Shown piece by piece: positions 36,586 to 48,198 of a stretch of DNA of 64,000 bases. Source of the stretch: Hormiphora californensis (lineage: Eukaryota > Animalia > Ctenophora). Numbering within the stretch: the stretch's first letter is position 1; every line of letters begins with the position of its first letter. The DNA lies in assembly GCA_020137815.1 (NCBI GenBank), contig CM035352.1:9052001-9116000 (forward strand). Reading direction: 5' to 3'. Both the position numbers and the translations under genes were made by a program. Under the pieces are notes generated by a model that did no database searches, was not told where the DNA came from, and worked only from the letters and a program-made list of their open reading frames with translations.

Positions 36586-38892
36586 GGAAGCCCACGTGTT
36601 GCAAAGCGACTCCCAAGTCTGTCATCCAGCACGGCTCCGTCGAGAGCCATAGTTTCCGATGATCCACCCAGATGCGCCGATTTGCCTGCCTGTCGAACAC
36701 AAAATCACCTCAACACCATAAAATCACCTCACTGTATTTTACCGCGACCGGTGATACTTTTCTAAGTATGTAACATAAAAAATAAAAATCACCAGACTTT
36801 TAACACACTTTTATACCAAGGAGAAAATTTAAAATATTACCCTCAAATATTTTCTCAAAAAATGTTCCTCTCCGTTTTGCGTTCCTGCGTATTTATCGAC
36901 GGGATGGTCACATACCGTCGTCTCACCCCCCTCGAAAGGAAAAATGTTGGTCCGAGAATGAACCTATTGTATCCCCCTGGATACAATCACTTTTCTTGAC
37001 ATACCCTTTCCTCCAAAACCACGCCCCAGGTGCCTGCGCCACCTATTATATACGTCTTCCCCCGCCAGGCTTTTCTGTTCCCCCGTAAATTCCAATGAAC
37101 ATTCCTCCTATTGTTCATTTCCTTGTATTGTCTAATAAAAATATTCAGATATGATTTTAGGCACCTATAATAATTCACGGCTCCTTCCTGCCGTCCCCCT
37201 GTCGACCGCCGTTCCCCCGTTTAAGGTCTACAACCATCAGCTTTGAATTCATCTTCCCACCCATCCACCGTCCGTTATATAATATCAATATAATATGAAT
37301 GAGGTCGGGCGCTACTCCGATCCCCCTCTAATGCGTTTTCTGGTCGTCCCAACCCTGACCTATCCCCAATAATACCCACCACATGCTTAGCTACCAACCG
37401 ACCAATCCAGCCAACTAGCCAGCATGCCCCAATTTTTGCGCACGGCATTCTTGATGTGTCGGGATTTGACACACCCCCACCGATAGGTTGGTCACACCCA
37501 CGTTTTACCTTCTCCTGGTACACCGTGATAATAACCAACCTATAGGGGTGGGTAACTAACCTACACTAGTTTAGCACGTTTTGCCCGCGATGTGCTAATA
37601 TCCATGGGCAAAACCCTAGAGAGAATTAGAAACCCTATCGCATATATGCTTTTGCTTCCCAAGTTTTGGGAAAGGTGATAAACCTTCTGTGTGCCAGGAC
37701 CCAAAATAGCACTACAGTCGAAAACGCATTAACAAAGCTGATATAGGTGTATAAAGGAAATATAAATATATTATACGCTAATATAGCGTCCTAGGGGTCT
37801 ATCCCTGTGGATTCCCACCCTCCCCTGTCCCATGTTTTGTCTCTTAAACTGTATATACCTCCCCGGCCATACCCCGTGTTTCTCTGTGTCAGTCGTGGTA
37901 TGTCATGTGGTACCTTTGTCCAACCCAGGCTAGGATCTCAGTGGTGTGCCTTCTTCTAGACTCTTGCCGGAACCCTTTATCCTTGAGCTATCATTATTTC
38001 ATAAGCAATCCCGGCTTCAACCCATTATATTGGAAGACGACTGCCCGCTGCCGTATAGTGTCACTACCACTCTTGTTCTGCCCCACTAAGCGCATTTAAT
38101 ACGGAGAGCTCTACTCTAAGAGGAGTCACACTATGACACACTTGTATAGACGTGTCCCGTATACCTGCACTCAGCATGGTGTTACCCTACCCTCTAAGGA
38201 ATCATTCTAGTAGTAGCACTACACCTTCTTTCTTTCTGCAAATTACCAAGGCTACTTCAATACGGAGAGCTCTACTCTAAGAGGAGTCACACTTTGACAC
38301 ACTTGTATAGTCGTGTCCCGTATACCTGTAACCTGCACCGTGCTACCCTATCCTAATGAATCATTCTACTGCCCATTCTGCCAGTATTCAATTCTAGGAA
38401 CCGATCCCCCATACCTGACCGATCCCCCATACTGATCGTTACCTCTCATTATGCCCCTCCCTAGCATACCACTTCAAACCAGTACCAATTAAAACTGACT
38501 AGTACCATTCATTCCCAACTGGCTATCATATGTTTGGCCCTTACTTCTCATCTACTACTACTTCTTATCTACTACTGCGACCAGTCAACAACTTCGCCTC
38601 GCCCGACTCAATGAACTCAACCAACTGGACCATATTATTCATTTCCAGCATCTTACTTCCCCGTGTCGGCCGCCTGCTATAATTGGTTATACTGACCCCG
38701 ACCCGTGCACGTGTATACTGTGTACTGAATACCTATAACGGGTGCACTGACCTCCCTTTGTAAGGTTACTTTTGAATTCCTGGCCCTGCCCAAACCGAAA
38801 CTCTGCCTAAACTGAGAGCACCGCTACTTTATCTAAACTGGAGCATTAACTTAGTCTAATTCAGCTTGAACACTGGCCCCTGTTTTACTTCA

Positions 38893-39346
38893 GCTTGACC
38901 TAAACGGGAGCCTACTATCCTTTATTTCCGCTCGACCTAAACGGGAGCGTACTAGCCCTCATTTCCGCTCAACCTAAACGGGAGCGTACTAGCCCATATT
39001 TCTACTCGTCCTAAAATGGAGCGTACTAGCCCTTATTTCTCGTTCCGCTCGACCTAAACGGGAGCGTACTAGCCTTAATTTCCGCTCGACCTAAACGGGA
39101 GCGTACTTTACCTCACTTCAGCTCTACCTAAACGGGAGCATTGTCTTGTAATAATAGCTCTACCTAAACGGGAGCACTGCCTTATTATAGCTCGACCTAA
39201 ACGGGAGCACTGCCTTACGATAGCTCTACCTAAACGGGAGCACTGCCTTACGATAGCTCGACCTAAACGGGAGCACTGACTTATTAGTATAGCTCGTCCT
39301 AAACAGGAGCACTGACTTATTAGTATAGCTCGTCCTAAACGGGAGC
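38893..39346. repeat. Array of 13 GCTCnnCCTAAACGGGAGC hairpin units, period 33-43 bp
   Basis: Copies at about 38893, 38930, 38967, 39004, 39047, 39084, 39121, 39157, 39190, 39223, 39256, 39292, 39328. Confidence 0.92.
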
Positions 39347-42191
39347 TCTGCCTTATTATTATATCTGCGTTTAACCGGGAACACTACCTCACTTCCCTTG
39401 CTAGACCTCCTGCCCTGCTAGCTATAATGCCTACCCACGAGCCCTACCTCCTTACCTACCTAGACTTTCTGCCTTGTTAGCTATATCGACCCATACCACC
39501 TCACTAAACCACTCCGTTAGACCACCTCATTAGTTAGCACTACCATGCTAAACCACCTGCCTAGTTAGCACTACCATGCTAAACCACCTGCACTGTCTTA
39601 GTTAGTACTGCCTTGCTAAATTACCTGTCTAACTAGCACTACCTTGTGAAACCCCCTGTCTAGCTAACTGTGTCCTGTGCAAGGCCAACTGAATTGCTAG
39701 CTACACCGACCGGTACGCCCTATGTGTACTGTTACTTCCTTACACCCCATTTCCTTCCCGGGGGCCCTGTCTAATAGCCCTATCCTGAACTAAACCTGGG
39801 TTTTACTGAAACTTTTTAAGATACCTGATACTGTCTAAAACCGATATCCAACCGGCCTATTTTACTGAGACCCAGGTTGTAGAGACACACTTTATAACCT
39901 TCCCAGACCCACACCACGTCTACTGCCCAGGAAGTAATTCAAACTATCATACGTACTTCCCTAACCAACTCTCAGCTACGGTTAATAATACGGCCCCACT
40001 GAACCGCCAATAACTTCCTATCTACCGAGCCATGTGTCTCTCTGGACTGCCCGAGTGTAAAGCTTAATTCAGATCTAGTAACCTCCTACCTAAATCCTAA
40101 TCCCAATCCTAATCCTGATGAAACAATTGAATTGTCACTTAATTGATATCATGCTCTACATTGCCCCGCTTAATTATCATTAATTTTGCAAAGACTTTCA
40201 CAACGCACCTTCTTCCTTTTCTAGGCCCACAGAATGAGTACATTAACCGTTAATCGTGTATTTAGACCGCCATTCGGGCCTTAACATCACCTGATACTGT
40301 TCTTCACGCCAAAAAGTAACCTAGGAACTGGTATACTGACTTCAATACAGTTCATGTCGCATCCGACTACTTACTCGACTACTGTGTAGAAGACTGGGCA
40401 TGAGATCTATTCACTCACACCGCCTATTTATAGGACCTACCTTCCAGCCCGTTCCTACAGCCCTACTCCCTAGAGCCGCTTCACTACCAGCTTCCTGGCC
40501 GCACCACTGTCACCTAGCCCGTGTACTGTCATGTCCCACACCCTGATTGTGACAAGCCCCTACCCGGCTACCCCCACATGACGTATTCCAATTCTTTTTA
40601 GGAGAGAAACTTCATTTTACCACGCCCAATTTTAATTACCCCCTCCAAATTATGTCGTGATGAAACTGTGTTCCTTGATCATGATATTTAAAAAGTCCGG
40701 GAACTTTACTCACAGACTGCTACAGTTAGTGACATATTAGATTCTTAAACCGAAAAGAGGTGTCTGTGATATTTTCCCAACTTTTCCGATCACGCAACAT
40801 CCCCCGCCCGAACATTGTTGCACGCTACTCACCTTTGTAGCCCCAATGCAGCACCAAGGTTGATTTGCTGCCCAGAGTGTGTTACCGCAGCACTAGCCAA
40901 AATTTCTCTGAAATCGCAGCCCAAATTCTCTTTTCGACAGTAATTTTATAACACATAATAATAAATAAATCAATTGGTGTCATTGTTACCTCTCTCCTGG
41001 CTCAATCTCTGTCGCTGCGCAACTTTGATCTCGCCTGAGTGAGGTATCACTGTGTGTGCGGACCCCGGAGCCACCGGACACTATGTCTAACCTCAACCCA
41101 CACCCCAACTCACAACTCCACCCACCTCTCAACTCACATCTCAACTCACACCTCCAGCCCCTATTCCACTAACCTCGGACCCAAATACCAGCCCCAACCC
41201 GGCCCTTCTAAACGCGTATAGAGGTACAGCAAACTCTCGCCTCCGGTCTAACGGTCGAAGTTCGCTGTGAGTGATCTTAGCACTTGAGTCCGCACACTGT
41301 GTCAATGCCACCAAACGATTCAATAAATCCGAGTAATAATACATTATACAACGTGAGCGATAGTTTGCCCTCCCATAACCTCCAAATCCCCTATTCAGCC
41401 TCATTCTTCCACCCAAACAATACCTAAATCTTTAAATTTAAACATTGCCAGCAACATTAGCCAATGTGGCTGCACACCTTACCCTAAAAAGACTGTCTTT
41501 TCCTTTCTAACACGTGCCTAACATGTACCAAATTTCGGTTCTTTCTGTTATACTATGCAAATTTTAGGAATGAATGAATGGGTGTCTTACCATTGCAGCA
41601 TGACTCACGGCTGCCTCTGAACCAAATGGGAAACCTTTGCCCTAGAGTTTTGTGGGAATTTCTAAACATATATCAGCTGTGGGTTTAATATTAGTGTCTC
41701 CCGCCGGAGGGGTACCAAAATAAGGCAACTGCTGGAGCAAGCAATGTTTGTTTATAAGTTAAAATTCCAAACCGGGTCCCCGTCTGTGCATCCTCCAGCT
41801 CCCATAATTAACCATTAGCCTCACACCCCATATAAAAAGTCAAGCAGCAACAGGACAGGTCGCCAAGAGAGAAAAGAAAAGATTTGATGGCTTGGCGGCC
41901 GTCCTGCTACTACCCAGCCTTGTGTACCTGATTCTACAAGCATAAAAAATATCCACCGCCCATCAAAACCTATATTCCTATTTTAGTGATAAAATTACCA
42001 ATACAAATGCGAGCATACCTGCAAAGGTTGTAAATGAAAATCTGAGAATAAATTTCCTAACTAACTCCTGCTCCCTACTCAGCTCTCTCTCCGCCTAAAT
42101 AATATAATGCAAAGCCCTCTCTCCGTAAAATTGAGCCCTCTACCGTTCCAAAAAGCATAGCCTGCATACAAATGTCAACTCAGATGCTGAT

Positions 42192-42209
42192 ATCTGGTTC
42201 GTCGGACCA
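42192..42209 (-). promoter_or_regulatory. Primer binding site, probably tRNA-Tyr
   Basis: TGGTCCGACGAACCAGAT 3 nt after the 5' LTR, similar to the tRNA-Tyr PBS TGGTCCTTCGAGCCGGAT. Confidence 0.75.
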
Positions 42210-42212
42210 TAA

Positions 42213-43423
42213 TGTAGGACTGGGTGTGACCCCGAGAGACTGCAAGCTCTCAGTGAGAATGCCCATCTCTGTGTAGCCTGGGTAGGACTGTAAAAAACCC
42301 CAGTGTGACTAGGTCGTATGGTCACTGCTACACTCCTACCGGACTATCCATAGTCCGTACTCCAAAAGCTCCCGTATCCTTAGGATTTGTATTTGTATGC
42401 TTGCTAGAGGCTCTAAACCATAACACGGATATTGAGGGGCGTGAATCCCTTGCCTGCACGCAAACCAATTGTAAATAGTATAATCACATAAATAACAATT
42501 AAAAGCCCCAATAATCTCTCTCACTCCACTCCTTTACATCACTCCTTTACTCCACTCCCCTGACTCTTCTCTGACACTCTCCTCTAACTCTCTCACTCTC
42601 ATCTGACTATCTCCATATCTCTCTCCCTCTCACGGCCCTATTATACTATATCCAAAGCCTGCCTGCCTATCCCAACAAACCCAAGCCCAATTCACAAGCA
42701 CACTGAGACGACCCGCTCAGGTAGCGGTCTACTGACTAAGAGACCAATGCCCAGTATCGCCTGTCGGGGCAGACCCTCCGACAAATCTAGAGACCATGTT
42801 AAGCCCGTCTGATGACCATGGCCTGATAGCCATGCAACGCTCCGACTTGAGCAAGCCCCAAGCAGAAGTGAAGATTTCTTCTTCTGCTCCCGAGTTTTGT
42901 TCCCATCGAAGGAGGGGAATTACCTCCGATCACGTGCCAAATCTGGCAACCCCAATTGGTAGATTACCGCGTGTGAAGGAGGGGAATTAGGAGCCCTATC
43001 CGAAGGATGGGAATTAGGAATAAGGTCACGTGACCTACATCTCCCTCATCCCTGGAACCTGTACGTGCCCGAATTTCATAGGTGCGCCACACACAATGCA
43101 TTAAGATTCTAACTTTTATCCCAAGTGCACCTAATGGAATTTTCTATTAAATATAGCCCCTTTTAGTGAGAAATCTCATCAACCAGTGCTTTGTGTGGTT
43201 CTATAATGGTTCTCAGATGAGTTTCTCCTCTCTCTCCAACTCTCCCACGTCTCTCTCTATCCGAGCACTTTACAAACTAAATAAATAAAATATCGACGTC
43301 CATTATCACACACAAACAACTCCGACCCATTTGTACCTAAATAATATAAAATAATAAAATATATTTGCCCCAAACAAACTGACAAACCTAAACACCCGTA
43401 ACATGTAGATCTGCCGCTCTACA
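42213..43423 (-). repeat. 5' LTR
   Basis: TGTAGGACT...GCTCTACA; direct repeat of 34344-35542 with several indels. Confidence 0.92.
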
Positions 43424-43803
43424 GGTTCAGAGTTAATTATGAAGTGGGTTCCAGGGGACTGCTTTACCTTCTCCTTCAGTTCAACAACAAGCTTTTTCCG
43501 TTCATTCCGTTCTTCTACTGTTCTATCAGGAGATATAAAGACTTTGCCAAACTTGTCGTTCCCTTTCAGCAGGGATTTCTTCGACAGGATTGAAATTTGA
43601 GCTTCTCAGCTCCTCAGCACGACTTTCACAGGTCTTGCCGATGAGGACTGCTTTCCCAAGCGCTCGGCGGATTGCACTTTCGGAGCCTGTTCAAGCTCAC
43701 CAAAAAGAGACTTAATTTGAGTTTCAAGCTTCTCACCATTTACATTGTCTTTCAACTCTTCCAATCCATGGATGATGATGTTACACCCACGGTCCTCCGA
43801 TGC
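43424..43803 (-). pseudogene. Decayed LINE ORF1 fragment
   Basis: EDRGCNIIIHGLEE, RLGKQSSSARPVKVVL, KVFISPDRTVEERNERKKLV. Confidence 0.75.
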
Positions 43804-43818
43804 TGCCAAACGCTGGCG

Positions 43819-44803
43819 CAGGGACGGCGCTCGTGGGTGTCCGGGTGTCCGCGGACACCCAGACCAAAAAAACGGAGAGAGAAAAGAAGAAAAAATGGAA
43901 AAAAACAAAAAGAATTTGAAAAAAATCGGTGAAAACTGCGAAATTTTGGATTTGCGCGCAGCCGGGTGTCCGGAGCTCTGCCGGACACCCAGGTTCACTG
44001 CGCGCACCTGTAACGCACGGCAGAGCATAAAGAGGGTTCTTCCGCGCGCCACAGTGCATTTTGACATGACCAGGGTGTCCGGTTCACCCAGAAAGTTGTG
44101 TGCGCGCGGATGAGTTATTTTTGTTGTGATCAGAAAACTTTCATCTTTTTTTCCATTTTTCACAAAAGGAGTTCAGAAATGCTTAAAATCGTTTAAAAAC
44201 GCCTCAAAATGTCCGAAATTTTCGGGGGGCTTCGCCCCCTCAACCCCCACCGGGGCTTGCAGCCCCTGGACCCTGCCTGCGGGGGCTCTGCCCCCTACAC
44301 CCCCCCCCGGGGCTGCGCCCCTGGACCCTGCTTGTGGGGGTAAGCGGTAAATACTCACTCGGTTCTTCACATTTTTTGGACATTTTTGGCCATAACTCAG
44401 CCATTTTTTGACCAATTTGCAAAATCTTGTGCTCATTGGAAAGAGGACATTGAGACCTTTAAAATGAGCCCTAGAAAATGAAAATCGGCGCAAAATGCGC
44501 GGCGTTATGGCGTAAAATGCGCGTTTTCGCCATAGCGCCGCGCATTTTGCGCCGATTTTCATTTTCTAAAGCTCATTGGAAAGCTCTTAATGTCTTCTTT
44601 CCAATGAGCCCAAGATTTTGCAAATTGGTCAAGAAATGGCTGAGTTATGGCCAAAAACGTCCAAAAAATGTGAAGAACCGAGTGAGTATTTACCGCTTAC
44701 CGCTTGTGGGGGGTTTCACCCCCCACACCCCCTGACCGAGGCTGCCGCCCCTGGCCCCGGACACCCAGGAACTTGCTGGGCCCAAGGCCCAGCGCCGTCC
44801 CTG
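43819..44803. mobile_element. hAT-type MITE, copy 1 (contains a nested MITE)
   Basis: TIR CAGGGACGGCGCT; 8-bp TSD CGCTGGCG. Confidence 0.92.
44339..44701. mobile_element. Mutator-like palindromic MITE related to 23403-23850
   Basis: GGTAAGCGGTAAA...TTTACCGCTTACC; 9-bp TSD GCTTGTGGG; empty site present in hAT copy 2. Confidence 0.93.
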
Positions 44804-45175
44804 CGCTGGCGCAGCGTGGGATAAGGCAACGCTTTTCAACCCTAACAGCAATCCGACACCGGGGTCTCAGATAATAAACGCACACCACGATCGGTCACAG
44901 GGTGAACCTGCAAAGTGGTACAACACCGAAGTGTTCAACCCTAACTCTAAAAACCAAACACGCTGCAGCGGCGGAATTTTTCAAAGTTCACGAGCGCGAG
45001 CGTAAAAACGGTGCGCGCGCATGCGCGGCGTTGATTATGGTTTTGCGCGTGTCAATTCGCGCGCAAAATCACTGACAGAATTTTATTTTATTTTCATATG
45101 TTGGCCGCCACCCCCCCCAAAAAAAATTTTCATAAAAAAATCTTGGTTGCAAAAAAATCTTGGTTGCATATCAAC

Positions 45176-45784
45176 CAGGGACGGCGCTCGTGGGTGTCCG
45201 GGTGTCCGCGGACACCCAGACCAAAAAGACGGAGAGAGAAAAGAAGAAAAAATGAAAAAAAACAAAAAGAATTTGAAAAAAATCGGTGAAATCTGCGAAA
45301 TTTTGGATTGCGCGCAGCCGGGTGTCCGGAGCTCTGCCGGACACCCAGGTTCACTGCGCGCACCTGTAACGCACGGCAGAGCATAAAGAGGGTTCTTCCG
45401 CACGCCACAGTGCATTTTGACATGACCAGGGTGTCCGGTTCACCCAGAAAGGTGTGTGCGCGCGGATGATTTTTTCTTGTGATCAGAAAACTTTCATCTT
45501 TTTTTTCTATTTTTCACAAAAGGAGTTCAGAAATGCTTAAAATCGTTTAAAAACGCCTCAAAATGTCCGAAATTTTCGGGGGGCTTCGCCCCCTCAACCC
45601 CCACCGGGGCTTGCAGCCCCTGGACCCTGCCTGCGGGGGCTCTGCCCCCTACACCCCCGCCGGGGCTGCGCCCCTGGACCCTGCTTGTGGGGGGTTTCAC
45701 CCCCCACACCCCCTGACCGAGGCTGCCGCCCCTGGCCCCGGACACCCAGGGACTTGCTGGGCCGAAGGCCCAGCGCCGTCCCTG
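45176..45784. mobile_element. hAT-type MITE, copy 2
   Basis: Same TIR; 8-bp TSD ATATCAAC. Confidence 0.92.
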
Positions 45785-46113
45785 ATATCAACACGCCCAT
45801 TGATCAACTCTACCGAAGGAATGAGTCAAGCAAAAAGCAATCATACGGTAAACGGGTTCGAGAAGTTGAAGGAGGGACATTTTCTCCATTGGTCATGAAC
45901 ACAGCGGGTGGGATAGCTAATGAGTTTCACAAAGTCTTGAAGACACTCTCATCCCGAATCTCAACAAGAACAGGAGAACCGTACGCTGAAGTGATGGCTC
46001 ACCTCAGAACGAGGTTACGGTTCTCATTACTGAGGACATGCCTCATAGCCTTGAGAGGAAATCGGAGGAAGATCGCCATCGCCAACCTAGCCTGCACTGA
46101 GCTTGTTACGTGA
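45785..46113 (+). mobile_element. 3' fragment of a CRE-clade (RLE-type) non-LTR retrotransposon
   Basis: NESSKKQSYGKRVREVEGGTFSPLVMNTAGG...YAEVMAHLRTRLRFSLLRTCLIALRGNR. Confidence 0.8.
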
Positions 46114-46344
46114 AGTGAATAAGAAGAGGATAAGAAGAATTATCAAGACCGTGAATTAATTAATTTATTGTTGCAACTTGAAAAGCGCTGCCTTATCCCG
46201 CGCAGCAGCGTTTGCCAAGGTTGCAACGGGGCGGTGCAAAGTTAAAATCTGGCCAGCGTTATAATGTCCATTTTATTTCAACTGTTCACCCCCCAAAGTC
46301 GTGCGCGGAATTGTTTTAGACACAGAATTGTGTTAGACACATAA

Positions 46345-48198
46345 TAGAATATAAGATCTGTATGATGGTATACAAATCCCTGAATAATGGGACGCCTGGA
46401 TACATATCAGAAATGCTGCAAAGACGGAAACAAAAACCGATGAGTTTAAGAGTCGACTGTGACACGACAAGACTGGAAGAGGTACACAGTAACTACAACT
46501 ACAAAACCACTGAGAGAGCTTTTAGTATAGCTGCTCCGAGGATCTGGAATCGCCTACCTAAAGAAATTCGAACCACGGAAACCTTGCCGATGTTTAAAAA
46601 GGCCTTGAAAACCCATATGTTTACTTTGGCTTATGGACCTGAATAAACCTCACTCGGCATTATATCAGCACCACACCATCTTCCCGGCACAAATCTACCC
46701 GCACCATTTCCTGGGCACCCAGCCCAGTTAACTTCACAGTAAATCCGCTGTTGTCCCCCAGGCTCCAGCTCCGCACATAAACGCTTCATTATTCCTTGCC
46801 TATACTATTCCTTGCATGCGGTTCTAAATCTGATCCTGTTTCACAACTTTTGGGAAATAGATCCCTCCCTTGGCCTTACCTGGTTCGTTCCTGAGTTTCC
46901 AGACCCACACTCCAGCTCCCTTATATCCCACCTATGACCTGCTGTCTAAATCCTACATCATTCCTTCCTGGAACTAAATAGTCTGCCTCCCTGTCCTTAC
47001 ATGGTTCGCTCCTGGGCTCTCGTGTCCTGTCTGCTGTCTCTCGCTATCACTGCCACCACGCCCTACTTCCAGACCCGCACTCCAGCTCCCCTATATCCCA
47101 CCTATGACCTGCTTTCTCAATCCTACATCATTTCTTCCTGGAACTAAATAGTCTACCTCCCTGTCCTTACCTGGTTCGTACCTAGGTTCTCGTGTCCTGT
47201 CTGCTGTCTCTCGCTACCATTGCCACCACGCCCTACTTCCAGACCCACACTCTAGCTCCCCTATATCCCACCTATGACCTGCTTTCTCAATCCTACATCA
47301 TTTCTTCCTGGAACTAAATAGTCTACCTCCCTGTCCTTACCTGCTTCGTTCCTGGGTTCCCCGTGTCCTGGGTGCTGTCTCTTCTTCCAGACCCTCTCTC
47401 CAGCTCCCTTACATCCCACCTATGACCTACTGTCTCTATTCTGCACCATTCCTTCCTATATTCCTTCCTGCATCCCTTCCTACTTTCTACACCATTCCTT
47501 CCTACATCTACCTGAGACTTAGTAGAGGGACCACCCATGACTGAGTCAATGAGTTAATATTTTCAAGTGTGCATTTTGTGTAAATTGTTAACATTTTCTG
47601 GCCTCTGAGTTGTTTAGCAGAGTTTGAGTAGCTGAGGTTCCAGACTGGCTGAGTTTTATGCCGAAGAATGAAGAAAGAAGACCCATACATACCGTTTTAA
47701 ACGTTTTCTCGATAAAAACTAGTCAAGGACTCTTCAGTGAGTGTGTGTTTGAAAGACAGCTAATTTATTATTTATTACCGAATCTGTGCGCATGTTTTTG
47801 TGATTGTTTGTTTGTCTGTGAATGTGTTTGTAAGTGTGTTAGCATGTTTTTGTATTAACCGTTTTGTATTGACTGTTATGTTGATGTTGTGTTTTTGCGT
47901 CTGTGACTTTGTGTATTCTGTTTAATCTGTTTTTATGTTTGTCTGCTTGTTTTGTTAGTTCATTACCTTGTTTTCTATAACCCCTTGTTCCTCGTATTTT
48001 GTGCATCTAATGCTACTAGGATGTGTATCACTGTCTCTAAGTATTGTTTAAACCGCTTTAGGAAACCGCTGATGTGAACTGTATAGTTTCACCTCTCAGC
48101 CTTGTATCACTTTTATTGGTGTATGGTGTAAGAGCGGGACGAAGTTATATCTTATTTGAGTGACTTTGTGATAAATTGTGCGTAAACTTAAACTTAAA
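46345..48198 (+). mobile_element. 5'-truncated L2-group LINE: ORF2 C-terminus to 46646 and a long 3' UTR with about 176-bp tandem repeats
   Basis: VYKSLNNGTPGYISEML...RAFSIAAPRIWNRLP..FKKALKTHMF; repeats at about 46870-47440; (taaact)n tail; 3' boundary uncertain. Confidence 0.7.

Larger units (their letters stand above)
34344..43423 (-). mobile_element. 9.1-kb non-autonomous LTR retroelement (LARD-like) with no recognisable gag/pol
   Basis: Two LTRs of about 1.2 kb with TGTAG...CTACA ends; PBS and PPT on the minus strand; no RT or integrase motifs in the ORF track. Confidence 0.9.

Noticed and set aside
38893-39346. CRISPR array
   Set aside because: Linkers are short and homologous to one another, there are no cas genes, and the context is a eukaryotic LTR element.
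42808-42842. Hammerhead ribozyme (retrozyme) in the LTR: CTGATGA followed by a CATGGC/GCCATG stem
   Set aside because: No GAAA core after the stem, and the other LTR has CCGATGA and a broken stem.
43712-43721. Second SL relic (TTAATTTGAG)
   Set aside because: Only 10 nt match, antisense within a LINE ORF1 remnant; consistent with chance.
45785-46113. SL-gene-targeting CRE insertion
   Set aside because: No SL sequence is adjacent; it is only a short 3' fragment.
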